This document shows positions 1 to 11,517 of a stretch of 64,000 nucleotides of DNA, piece after piece. Positions within the stretch are counted from its first letter, which is position 1. Each line of letters opens with the position of its first letter. Origin of the DNA: an uncultured delta proteobacterium. GTDB lineage: Bacteria > Myxococcota_A > Polyangia > Polyangiales > Houyiibacteriaceae. Location: assembly GCA_963699755.1 (NCBI GenBank), contig CAVOVB010000007.1, positions 64,001 through 128,000 on the forward strand, given 5' to 3'. The notes beneath the pieces were generated by a model that was not told the origin of the DNA, ran no database searches, and saw only the letters and a list, made by a program, of their open reading frames with translations. The translations under genes were made by a program, and so were the position numbers.

Positions 1-1
1 C

Positions 2-466
2 CTGACGAGTCCCGTGCCCGAAGCCCTCGAGGGCGTGCCTGGTGGACCCGCGGTGGTGCGCTCGGAAAGCGCGAGCTACGTGCCTTTTGGCCACTCCGCC
101 CAGTTCGCGGGCTCCGCAACCTGCGTGGCGGACCCGGCCACTTGCTGCCCGGACGCGTCGGTGTGCCCCGCAGCGTACGCGTTCGAAGCCAACGTCGACG
201 TCCTGGCCCTCAACCGTGGCACACCCACGGTGTTCGGCGTTGAGACGTTTGAAGAGATCACGACCGACCCGCGCATCCTGACGATCACGTTCAATCCGAA
301 CGCCTGGTGGCAAACAGTCGACTTCGGGCGCCTCGCGGCGCTCGACGACGGCACCGGGAACGTGCTCGTGACGCAGGACGACCCCGACTACAGCGCGCTG
401 GTCATCGCGATGACCCTCAACGAGCTTCCCACCTTCACGTGGACCACCACGGAGGGGGCAGATTGA
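2..466 (+). CDS. Hypothetical exported-type protein, 5' end outside window
   Basis: Frame open from base 2 to TGA at 464-466; Cys cluster TCVADPATCCPDASVCP; 29 nt before the next lipoprotein gene. Confidence 0.6.
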   Translation: MTSPVPEALEGVPGGPAVVRSESASYVPFGHSAQFAGSATCVADPATCCPDASVCPAAYAFEANVDVLALNRGTPTVFGVETFEEITTDPRILTITFNPNAWWQTVDFGRLAALDDGTGNVLVTQDDPDYSALVIAMTLNELPTFTWTTTEGAD

Positions 467-495
467 CAAACCGATAAAGGCGAACGGAGAACAAG

Positions 496-1410
496 ATGAA
501 CACTGCACGAACGAAAATGATCCTCATCGCGATCGCCTCGGCTGCCCTCGCAGCGGGCTGTGGCGACGACGGCGGCGGCGGCAACGGAGGAGGCGGTGAC
601 GGCAACCTATCCGTCGTCTTGGGAGCAGAGGACACCATCCCGGAAGGGCTCGATGGCACTGACGCGTGCGAAGACGAGTGCATCGAAGATGGCTACAGCG
701 TGACGTTCGATCGCTACATCGTCGCCGTGGGCTTCGTCGACATGAATCAGGTTGGAGGCGCCAACCCGCAGAGCAGCCCCGACGTCGGCGTCGCGGACTT
801 CACGAGCCTGCCTTCCACACTACCCGAGCTGACCGCCTTCAACGGCATTCCGACTGGGCAGTACACGGAGTTTGGATTCGAAACGCCGGCCCCCGAAGCA
901 GGCGTGACCAACATCAACTCGGTGGCCCAGGACGACATCGATGCCATGGTGGAAAACGGCTGGAGCTATATCATCGACGGGACCCTCACCCGAGAGTCGG
1001 ACGGCGAGACGATCGACTTCTTGATCGAAGCCAACTCGCCGGCCGTCTACACCGACTGCGCGCTCGAAACCGAGCCGGAGCCCGGCGTCCCAGTCACGAC
1101 CAACTCGAGCGCCGAGGTCACCATCCACGGCGACCATGTCTTCTTCAACGGGTTCCCCGAAGACGAGACCCAGATTCAGCGGCTCGCCGGTTGGATGTGG
1201 ACGGTTGGTGAAGAACGGGACACGGACGGCGAGATCACTCGGGCGGACTTCGAGGCCGCAACGAACATCGCGAAGCTCTTTCCGGCCCCGACCTACGTGC
1301 TAGCCGGCAGCCCTCTAGAGATCAACAACGCGTGGGACTTCGTCCGCGCCCAGCTCGGCACCCAGGGTCACATCTTCGGTGAGGGCGAATGCGAATGGAG
1401 CCCACTTTAG
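496..1410 (+). CDS. Hypothetical acidic lipoprotein
   Basis: GGAGA RBS; signal with lipobox LAAG-C and Gly-rich linker; His motifs TIHGDH and QGH. Confidence 0.8.
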   Translation: MNTARTKMILIAIASAALAAGCGDDGGGGNGGGGDGNLSVVLGAEDTIPEGLDGTDACEDECIEDGYSVTFDRYIVAVGFVDMNQVGGANPQSSPDVGVADFTSLPSTLPELTAFNGIPTGQYTEFGFETPAPEAGVTNINSVAQDDIDAMVENGWSYIIDGTLTRESDGETIDFLIEANSPAVYTDCALETEPEPGVPVTTNSSAEVTIHGDHVFFNGFPEDETQIQRLAGWMWTVGEERDTDGEITRADFEAATNIAKLFPAPTYVLAGSPLEINNAWDFVRAQLGTQGHIFGEGECEWSPL

Positions 1411-1413
1411 CCC

Positions 1414-1725
1414 ATGAGCGTGCTTGCGTTGTCCCTGCTGCTCGCTGTCTGCGCCCTCGGCGCGGGCCTCGTGGGATGGCTGACCGGCATGGGTGGAGGG
1501 GTGATCATCGTGCCGCTCATCGTTCTGAGTCTTCACATGGACATTCGCTATGCGATCGGCGCCTCCCTCGTATCGGTGATCGGCACCTCGTCCGGTGCCG
1601 CCGCGACTTAGGTCAAGGAGGGATTCACCAATCTTCGCCTTGGAATGCTGCTCGAGGTGGCAACGACGCTTGGCGCCGTGGGTGGAGCGTTCGTCGCCGC
1701 TCGACTATCGGCCTCTGCCATTGGG
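1414..1725 (+). pseudogene. Sulfite exporter TauE/SafE (TSUP) family, nonsense codon and 3' truncation
   Basis: LTGMGGGVIIVP...AIGASLVSVIGTSSGAAAT, TAG at 1609-1611, then in-frame VKEGFTNLRLGMLLEVATTLGA; similarity fades near 1725 (end approximate). Confidence 0.8.
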
Positions 1726-1907
1726 AGCGTAAGAGCAAGGGCCCTCTCCGCGCGGTTCCCCACGCGACATAGCAAGCTAGTGCCCCGAAATTCGGCTCTC
1801 CACATGAGCCCGATGGGCTAGGAGGCCGGAAAACAAACGCGGTCTGGCTACCCCGCTCGGGTCCCGAACCGCGAGAAGACCCCGACGACAGCCGGAGCGA
1901 CGCGCCG

Positions 1908-2419
1908 GTGCAATCGCTCGACCTGCGAGGTCGAGCGCAGTCAACAAGCCCAGGCGTCGTCGAGCTCGGGGCGGCCCTGCTCGCGGCATTGCCCGACTAC
2001 ACGCGCGGTGCCGTGGAGCTGGGCGGCCGCGAGGCCCGATACGCCTACGGTCGCGTGGACCTCAACACTGACGGGACCGAAGAAGTGCTGGCGATCTTGA
2101 TGGGCTCGATCTTCTTCGGGACCGGAGGCTGCAACCTACTGCTGCTGAAGGAGGAGGGCGAGAGATACACCGTCATCAACACATTCCCATTCGCCGGCTC
2201 CCGATCATCGTCTCCAATCGGAAGACGGCGGGATGGAACGACCTCCTGAGGCCGGGATACGGCGGCGGGGTCGAGCGGTCCTAGGTCAAGCAGGTCTTCG
2301 ACAGGAGCCGGCAGGTGCGGGCGGAGCGCTGCCCCGGAGACGTCATCCCCGAGGATACCTGGCGCCTCGCCGGAGAGTACTCCTACGAGACCGGAATCCC
2401 CTTGAAGCCTGAACCCTGA
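1908..2419 (+). pseudogene. Decayed hypothetical protein (VDLNxDG...GTGGC type)
   Basis: YAYGRVDLNTDGTEEVLAILMGSIFFGTGGC; frame change near 2185-2190 into RLPIIVSNRKTAGWNDLLRP; TAG at 2282-2284; resumes VKQVFD to TGA 2417-2419; no convincing start. Confidence 0.6.
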
Positions 2420-2461
2420 TCTCGGCGAGGCGAGGTCGCGGACGACGCGACCGGGCGGGCT

Positions 2462-5163
<2,702 letters not shown>

Positions 5164-5191
5164 GATGAATTCTTACCTGCGATTGATTCTT

Positions 5192-5226
5192 AGATACGTA
5201 GCTATCTGCACTTAGTGAAATGTCAA
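5192..5226 (-). promoter_or_regulatory. Putative sigma70 promoter with overlapping inverted repeat (candidate Fur/PerR operator)
   Basis: TTGACA on minus strand at 5226-5221; AGATA-N6-TATCT at 5192-5207 over the expected -10 region; AT-rich. Confidence 0.5.
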
Positions 5227-5380
5227 CGGGCCGTGTGCTCCGGGATTGCTTTGGGTTCTCGTGGGCTGGCGGCCGCGGGCGATCTCGGGTCGACCGCAAC
5301 CCTGTTGTGTTGTCATTGGCAGCAATCCACAGAGAGAAGCGCTGCCCAATGCCGACACGCTTTTCGCTCCCGTCACGGGA

Positions 5381-5818
5381 ATGAATCGAGGACGCACCAT
5401 CGAGCCCGGCACGACCTGGGCGCTGTCGCGTCGCACCACCCGATGCTACTTCCTCCTCAGTCCCGACCAAGTGCGCGAGCTCGAGCAATGCTACTGATAT
5501 TGCCTCGCTCTGGCAGCACAGCGCTTCGGTGTCGTCGTGCACGCCGGTTGCCTGATGAGCCCCCACTCGCACCAGGTCGTCACCGATGTCCGCGGGGTGC
5601 TCCCCCGCCTCGTGCAGGAGCTCTATCGACTGCTCGCGCTCACCACCAGAGCGCTTTGCGGATGGACCGGTGAAGTATTCGACACGCGGAGCACCGCCCA
5701 GCACGCCCGAAGCCGCCCTCGATGCACCCGCCAACGTCGGCTAGATCTTCTTGGTCAAGACTTCATCTTTGAGCGATGGAAACGCTTTCGCGGAGTTAGA
5801 CGAGCTGATCGAACATGA
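5381..5818 (+). mobile_element. Degenerate RAYT / IS200-like HUH transposase remnant
   Basis: MNRGRTIEPGTTWALSRRTTRCYFLL...CY*YCLALAAQRFGVVVHAGCLMSPHSHQVVTD; TGA at 5495-5497; HxH motif; catalytic-Tyr half not recognisable. Confidence 0.65.
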
Positions 5819-7323
5819 GTCTCCGCACGCCAAAACGCCTTCTGGTCCTCTTTGGAAACCAGCTCTTTGCAAACGACTGCATTGCACAGACCGACCCTCA
5901 CGCGATCTTCATGGCGGAGTCCGGCCATATGTGTCGGCGCTACCCGGCGCACTCCCAGAAGCTCGTCCTCGTTCTGAGCGCCATGCGTTCGAAAGCTGAC
6001 CGGCTCTGCGAGGCGGGTCATCGCGTCTTCTACACAAAGCTCGAGGAGGCCGGCGACCGATCGTTCTCTGCCTTGCTTGCCGCGCATCTCTCCGAGCATC
6101 CCTACGACGAGCTAGTTCATTTCGAGACCGAGTCCCCGTCGATGGAGGCACGTCTCGAGTCGCTCTGCGCCGGGCGCGGCATCGTTCGGCGAGCATTCGA
6201 GAGCCCGATGTTCGTCACGAATCACGCGACCTTCGAAGAATATCGAAAGAGTCACAAGCGCCTGTTCATGGCCGACTTCTACCGCTGGCAGCGGAAGCGG
6301 ATGGGAATCCTGGTCGACTCCAAGGGCAACCCGCTGGGGGGCAAGTGGAGCTACGACGAGGAGAACCGTAAGAAGCTTCCGAAGGGCTTGGTGCCTCCGC
6401 CTCTTCCGAAGCCATCCTGGACCGGCCACACGCGTGATGTCGTCGAGCTGGTGAAGAAAACGTTCGCCGAGCACCCCGGGGACCCGAGCGAGTTTTGGCT
6501 TCCGACCACCGAGCAAGGGGCAGAGGCCGCGCTGCGGGCATTTCTCGACGAGCGCTTCGAGCTCTTCGGGGACTATGAAGACGCGCTCAGCAAAGAGCAT
6601 CCGTTCCTGTTTCATTCCGTGCTCAGCGCTCTTCTGAACCATGGATTGTTGACGCCACGGCGCGTGCTCGACCTTGTCCTTCAGAAGGCAGAGAGCGACG
6701 GGGTGCGAACCAATTCTCTCGAGGGCTTCGTCCGGCAAGTGATCGGTTGGCGCGAGTTCGTTCGCGGGGTTTGGCATACGCTGCCCCAGGGGCACTGGGA
6801 ACAGAACTTCTGGAACCATCACGCTCGGCTCACCAAGCACTGGTACGAGGGTACGACCGACATTCCGCCGCTCGATGATGCGATCCGCCGTGCACGAGCC
6901 CGCGGCTACAATCACCACATCGAACGGCTGATGGTGCTCGGGAACATGATGCTTCTGTGCAGGGTCGAGCCGAGCGAAGCCTACAGCTGGTTCATGGAGA
7001 TGTTCATCGACTCCGCGGACTGGGTGATGGCTCCCAACGTCTACGGGATGGCTCTCTTCAGCGAAGGTGGAGCGTTCACGACGAAACCGTATATTTGCGC
7101 CTCGAGCTACCTTCGCAAGATGGGCGACTACCCAAAGGGCGAATGGTGCGAAGTGGTCGACGGTCTGTACTGGTCGTTCGTACGCGACCACCGAGCGTTC
7201 TTCGAGAAGAACCCGCGCAGCAAGATGATGACCCGTACCCTCGATCGACTCGACGATGCTCGCAAGACGCGGATCTTCGAGCTCGCAGACGCATTCATCG
7301 GCCGGATTACGCGCTCACCCTGA
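5815..7323 (+). CDS. Cryptochrome/photolyase family, bacterial (6-4) photolyase (BCP, COG3046) type
   Basis: FGNQLF, HSQKLVLVLSAMR, MADFYRWQRK, GGKWSYDEENRK, EGFVRQVIGWREF, YNHHIERLM, WVMAPNVYGM, TKPYI. Confidence 0.93.
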   Translation: MSLRTPKRLLVLFGNQLFANDCIAQTDPHAIFMAESGHMCRRYPAHSQKLVLVLSAMRSKADRLCEAGHRVFYTKLEEAGDRSFSALLAAHLSEHPYDELVHFETESPSMEARLESLCAGRGIVRRAFESPMFVTNHATFEEYRKSHKRLFMADFYRWQRKRMGILVDSKGNPLGGKWSYDEENRKKLPKGLVPPPLPKPSWTGHTRDVVELVKKTFAEHPGDPSEFWLPTTEQGAEAALRAFLDERFELFGDYEDALSKEHPFLFHSVLSALLNHGLLTPRRVLDLVLQKAESDGVRTNSLEGFVRQVIGWREFVRGVWHTLPQGHWEQNFWNHHARLTKHWYEGTTDIPPLDDAIRRARARGYNHHIERLMVLGNMMLLCRVEPSEAYSWFMEMFIDSADWVMAPNVYGMALFSEGGAFTTKPYICASSYLRKMGDYPKGEWCEVVDGLYWSFVRDHRAFFEKNPRSKMMTRTLDRLDDARKTRIFELADAFIGRITRSP

Positions 7324-7437
7324 CCCGCTCGGCGCGCACCAACTCCTTGGCGAAGTTCAATGGATACCGAAGAATTCAGCTCGATGGTTGAGCGGTACGA
7401 CTGGGACGAATTTGGCAAACCGTTCGCCAGGCCCTAG

Positions 7438-8223
7438 ATGAACGCGATGGCGAAGGGCGTTCGTGACGTAATCCGGCGGGCCGCGAAGGGCAGCTCTTGG
7501 TCGCACTTCATGGACTACGCATCGCCGGCGCTGTTCGAAGTCATGCCGCTGCGGGCGCTCCTGGCGCAGGGCAAGGAGTTCGTCGCCAATGGCTCGGACG
7601 CGCGGCGCTACGAAAAAGTGCGCGAGTCTGTTGCGGCTTCACTGAATGCCCGCGGCCTCGAAGTCGAGCTCGGGCCGCAAGACGAGCATGCGGAGGGCCT
7701 CTCGCCCCGCAGCCTCTCCGAACCTTTGCGGCGTCGAACCGGCAATAGAATTCTCGAGATTTACTTCACGCAGATCTTCGCAGGCGGTGATGCGATTTTG
7801 GACCTGCGGTCAGATTCCTTCTCGGCGTCCGAAGGTTCGACCCTTCGTTGGCGGCCCAAGGCGTTCTACGTTCAATGGCAGGCCGACTTTCTGAATGGGC
7901 TTCGCAACCTCTATGCCGGCTTCTACCGAGATGACGAAGCACGTTTTGACATGGGCTTGCGTCGGTTGTGCCTGCAGGACTCCGGAGACGCCCTGCTGAG
8001 CCATCTTGGCAGCGGCGACCAGCGAAGCGTCCGGTTCGAGACGAGCGCGTTTCACACCAGCTTTCACGACACGTTCTTGGCCTGCCGCGATCGAGGCGTG
8101 GCGCTTCATCGGAATTTCCTCGCGCTCGGCATCTATCTGGTGAGTCTCTACGATGTGCTCGAATCACTTGGCCTCGAGTTTGATGTGCGCGGCGCGTTCG
8201 AGCGGAGCTACGTGCACAGCTAG
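7438..8223 (+). CDS. Hypothetical protein, possibly ABC1/UbiB C-lobe-like
   Basis: 261-aa ORF in a co-oriented run; weak resemblance by eye only. Confidence 0.7.
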   Translation: MNAMAKGVRDVIRRAAKGSSWSHFMDYASPALFEVMPLRALLAQGKEFVANGSDARRYEKVRESVAASLNARGLEVELGPQDEHAEGLSPRSLSEPLRRRTGNRILEIYFTQIFAGGDAILDLRSDSFSASEGSTLRWRPKAFYVQWQADFLNGLRNLYAGFYRDDEARFDMGLRRLCLQDSGDALLSHLGSGDQRSVRFETSAFHTSFHDTFLACRDRGVALHRNFLALGIYLVSLYDVLESLGLEFDVRGAFERSYVHS

Positions 8224-8229
8224 CAGCCG

Positions 8230-9195
8230 ATGATCCAGGACCACACCAAATCTCGAAGGCTACTGCTCACCGGTGCCACCGGTTTCGTGGGCCGACATCT
8301 CGACGCGGCGCTCGCAGATACCAGCTGGGACGTCGTTCGTGCGACCAGAAATCCGAAACAGGCATCTCAGCCAGGCTGGGTCTACCTCGATGTGGCTGAC
8401 CCGAGCTCGATCGACCCGGCCATCGCCGGCTGTGACTCCGCCGTATACCTCATCCACTCGATCGACGACTCGAAGGACTACCCGGCGCGCGAGGCACGCG
8501 GAGCAGAAGCGTTCCTCGCGGCCGCTGAGCGGGCCGGCGTCCGCCGGATCGTGTATTTGGGGGGCGTTGCACCCAAGGGGAAAGCCTCGCGACATCTCCT
8601 CAGCCGATTACGCACCGGCGAAATCTTGCGCTCAGGGACGGTCTCTACGATCGAGCTTCGTTGCGGGCTGATCATCGGCGCCGGCGGCAGCTCCTGGATG
8701 ATGGTTCGCGACCTGGCGGCGCGACTTCCCGCCATGCTGCTGCCGCGCTGGCTTCAGTTCTCGTCTTGGCCAGTGTGGATCGAAGACGTCGTCGTAGCGA
8801 TTGTGCGCGCTCTCGATTTGCCCGACGAAGGGAGCGCCTGGTTCGACGTGCCAGGAAAGGAACGCATGACCCATGCCAACTTCCTTTCGCGAATCGCCAA
8901 GAGCATGGGCAAGGATCCGAGGCTGATCGGCGTGCCCGTCATCACACCGAGGCTTTCGAGCTACTGGATTGCCCTGGTGACGCGGGCAAGCTTGGCGCTT
9001 GCCCAAGAGCTCGTTCAGGGCCTGCAGAGCGATCTCGATCCGAGCGGAGAGTCGATCTGGGATCGGCTCGGCGACGAACAACCTACCGAGTTCCAGACTT
9101 CGGTGTACCAGGCACTGGAGGATGAGACGGCCTCCATGACCCCAACACCGAAGCTCGTGGGCAGGATGCGGGCCCGCGTGAAGGGCAAAGGCTAG
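8230..9195 (+). CDS. NAD(P)-binding atypical SDR, YbjT-like
   Basis: LLTGATGFVG, VYLIHS, RIVYLGG, SRHLLSR, TPRLSSYW. Confidence 0.88.
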   Translation: MIQDHTKSRRLLLTGATGFVGRHLDAALADTSWDVVRATRNPKQASQPGWVYLDVADPSSIDPAIAGCDSAVYLIHSIDDSKDYPAREARGAEAFLAAAERAGVRRIVYLGGVAPKGKASRHLLSRLRTGEILRSGTVSTIELRCGLIIGAGGSSWMMVRDLAARLPAMLLPRWLQFSSWPVWIEDVVVAIVRALDLPDEGSAWFDVPGKERMTHANFLSRIAKSMGKDPRLIGVPVITPRLSSYWIALVTRASLALAQELVQGLQSDLDPSGESIWDRLGDEQPTEFQTSVYQALEDETASMTPTPKLVGRMRARVKGKG

Positions 9196-9834
9196 GTGGA
9201 GCGGGCTACGAGAGCGGAGGTCGTGGCGCTGACCGCTTGCGTGACCGCATTCTGCATCGCCATGGGCTTGCGCGAGATCCTGAACATCTGGATCGGAACC
9301 GGCGCTGCGGCGCTGGCCTCCGTGCTCGCACTCTGGCTCGGCGCGCGACCGTCGCTCCGATCCAATCTCCGGGCGCCGCTCCGGGCGCCGGCCGCGACGA
9401 GCCTGATCGTCGGCCTCGCAGCCGGGCTGCTCATGTCCTTGGCGACCTGGTGGCTCTATCCCATCAGCGTCTCGGTGTTCCCTCCGATTCAAACCGAGGT
9501 CGAGACCCTCTACGCGCTGCTTCGTCAAGCGCCTGGGCCCGTTCGCGCGTTCCCCTTGCTCTTGTTGGTCGTCGCGGCGGAGGAATTGGTTTGGCGCGGT
9601 GTCGCGATCGATCTCTTCTCGAGATCGCTCGGGCCATGGCATGCGATGCTCCTCGCTGCGCTCCTCTATGTCCTTCCGCAGATCGCGCTTCGTTCGCCCC
9701 TCCTCATCATCGTGGCCCTCTGCTGTGGCCTGCTCTGGGGAGCTTTGCGGGTGCGCACCAAGAGCCTGACCGCACCCTTTGTCGCGCATCTCGTCTGGGA
9801 CGTCCTGGTGTTCGTGTGGCATCCGGTGGCTTGA
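9196..9834 (+). CDS. CPBP (Abi/CAAX) intramembrane metalloprotease
   Basis: Multi-TM; AEELVWRG and AHLVWD motifs. Confidence 0.88.
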   Translation: MERATRAEVVALTACVTAFCIAMGLREILNIWIGTGAAALASVLALWLGARPSLRSNLRAPLRAPAATSLIVGLAAGLLMSLATWWLYPISVSVFPPIQTEVETLYALLRQAPGPVRAFPLLLLVVAAEELVWRGVAIDLFSRSLGPWHAMLLAALLYVLPQIALRSPLLIIVALCCGLLWGALRVRTKSLTAPFVAHLVWDVLVFVWHPVA

Positions 9835-9944
9835 GCCGCGCGACGAGAGCCTGCTGCGAACCAGGCCAGCGGCCGCGGGACCGAGGCTCGCGCGCGCTAG
9901 GCCAAAGGTCAGAGTTGTGATACCGGTTGCAGGAGCCGGTGCCG

Positions 9945-11489
9945 ATGAAGGTGAGCGCAATATCGATCGGGCTCATGGCCTTCACTTTCGGTGTGGCCGC
10001 TCCAGTCTGCGCGCAGCAGGCTGGGGTCGACGAGCGGCAAAAGGAGGCAGACGCAAAGCCTGAGACCCCTGCGCCGGGCGCATTCCCAGTGGAAGATCCC
10101 ACCATCCAGCTAGAGCGCGAGCCGGACCTCACCGTGCGCGAGGGAGACCCGGGAGCCGAGACCCCAGAGGTAACGCCAGCGGCGCCCTTGGCCCAGGCAG
10201 ACGAGGACGCGGCCGAGGAACCCACAGCCGGCGAGTTGCCAGTGGAGGACCCTACGATCGACCAACGGGCGGAAATCGCGGAGGAGCCGACAGAGGGCGA
10301 GCGAGCGCCGAAAAAGCCCCAAGGCCCAGAAGAAGACCAAGGCGCGAAGGTCAAGGTGTTTTATGAGCAGGGGTTTCTCGTTGCGGTCGACGACTGGTTC
10401 TACCTCGCCCTCGCAGGCCTAGTGCAGGCCCGATACACGGTGGACTATCGCACGCGGCCGCCAACGGATTCAGAGACCGGAATTCGCGAGAAGCAGGTGA
10501 CGGAAGGATTCGACGTCGCCCGCGCCCGCTTTCAGCTCGGAATCGGTCTGACTCAGTTCGTCGCCTTGTACATGCGTATCGGTGTCGTGGCGGGCGGCAA
10601 CTTCGGTTTTCAGCGCGCGTTCATTGACCTGAAGTGGAAGTTCTTTCGTGTCCGAGCGGGTTTGTTCATGAACGAGACGGACGCCGAATCGCTCGTCAAC
10701 CCCGAAGATCTCTACATGGTGGACTATTCGATCGCCCAAAACGTATACGACCCCGGTAGCTCGAAAGGCGTGATGTTCACGTATCTTCGGCGCCGATTCT
10801 CGATCAACCTGGGTTACTCCGATGGGCTTCGAACCGGATTCGCTGCCTTTCGCGCCCCTGTGAGAGCAGATTTCGCGGTCTCGCTGCGTGCGCAATATGC
10901 GTGGGGCAAAGCAGGGCTCTCGGGGTTCAACCGTCTCACGTCCCGGCGCGGAACCCCGTTTGGCGTCCGGCTCGGCGCTGCGCTGCACTATCAGGATGGC
11001 GGACGGAGTCAGGGAACCCTTCCGGTGAAGATTGCGCTTGGTACCATCGATCTCTCGCTGCGCGGAGGCGGCTGGAGCCTCCTGCTCACGGTCACGGCCG
11101 GTCAAGACGCCACGAATGCGAACGCAATGAACGAAGCTGGCGAGCTCGTCTCGAGTGCTGTTGCGCTGACGGGCGGTTACTTCGTCTTGGAGAACCTCCA
11201 GGTCTTCGGCCGCTACAGCATCGTGACGAAGCCCACCATCCAAGGGGTTCTTCCTGCGAACCTCCCGAACGACTTCAGCCTAGCGACCAGCAACTTCCAA
11301 GCATTCGGGGTGGGTCTGTCCTATTTCGTCGTTCCAGGCCGCAACAACATCAAGCTCACGAGCGACTTCCAATACTTCTTGGGCTACCAGCAGCGAAGCA
11401 TCGTTCCCTCCTCGCCCCTGAACTCGATTCAGCCGAACGACGCGGGAAGCCAACTCGCCTGGCGCATTCAGCTGACCGCTGCCTTTTAG
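9945..11489 (+). CDS. Outer-membrane porin-like protein with acidic N-terminal region
   Basis: AGGAG RBS, signal peptide ending VCA-Q, Glu/Pro-rich stretch, GFDVARAR strand, terminal WRIQLTAAF. Confidence 0.7.
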   Translation: MKVSAISIGLMAFTFGVAAPVCAQQAGVDERQKEADAKPETPAPGAFPVEDPTIQLEREPDLTVREGDPGAETPEVTPAAPLAQADEDAAEEPTAGELPVEDPTIDQRAEIAEEPTEGERAPKKPQGPEEDQGAKVKVFYEQGFLVAVDDWFYLALAGLVQARYTVDYRTRPPTDSETGIREKQVTEGFDVARARFQLGIGLTQFVALYMRIGVVAGGNFGFQRAFIDLKWKFFRVRAGLFMNETDAESLVNPEDLYMVDYSIAQNVYDPGSSKGVMFTYLRRRFSINLGYSDGLRTGFAAFRAPVRADFAVSLRAQYAWGKAGLSGFNRLTSRRGTPFGVRLGAALHYQDGGRSQGTLPVKIALGTIDLSLRGGGWSLLLTVTAGQDATNANAMNEAGELVSSAVALTGGYFVLENLQVFGRYSIVTKPTIQGVLPANLPNDFSLATSNFQAFGVGLSYFVVPGRNNIKLTSDFQYFLGYQQRSIVPSSPLNSIQPNDAGSQLAWRIQLTAAF

Positions 11490-11517
11490 CCGCCACCACG
11501 AGGCTCCACTCCCTTTC

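Noticed and set aside
5495..5497. Selenocysteine TGA
   Set aside because: Lies in a truncated transposase remnant at a probable Trp position; no redox motif.
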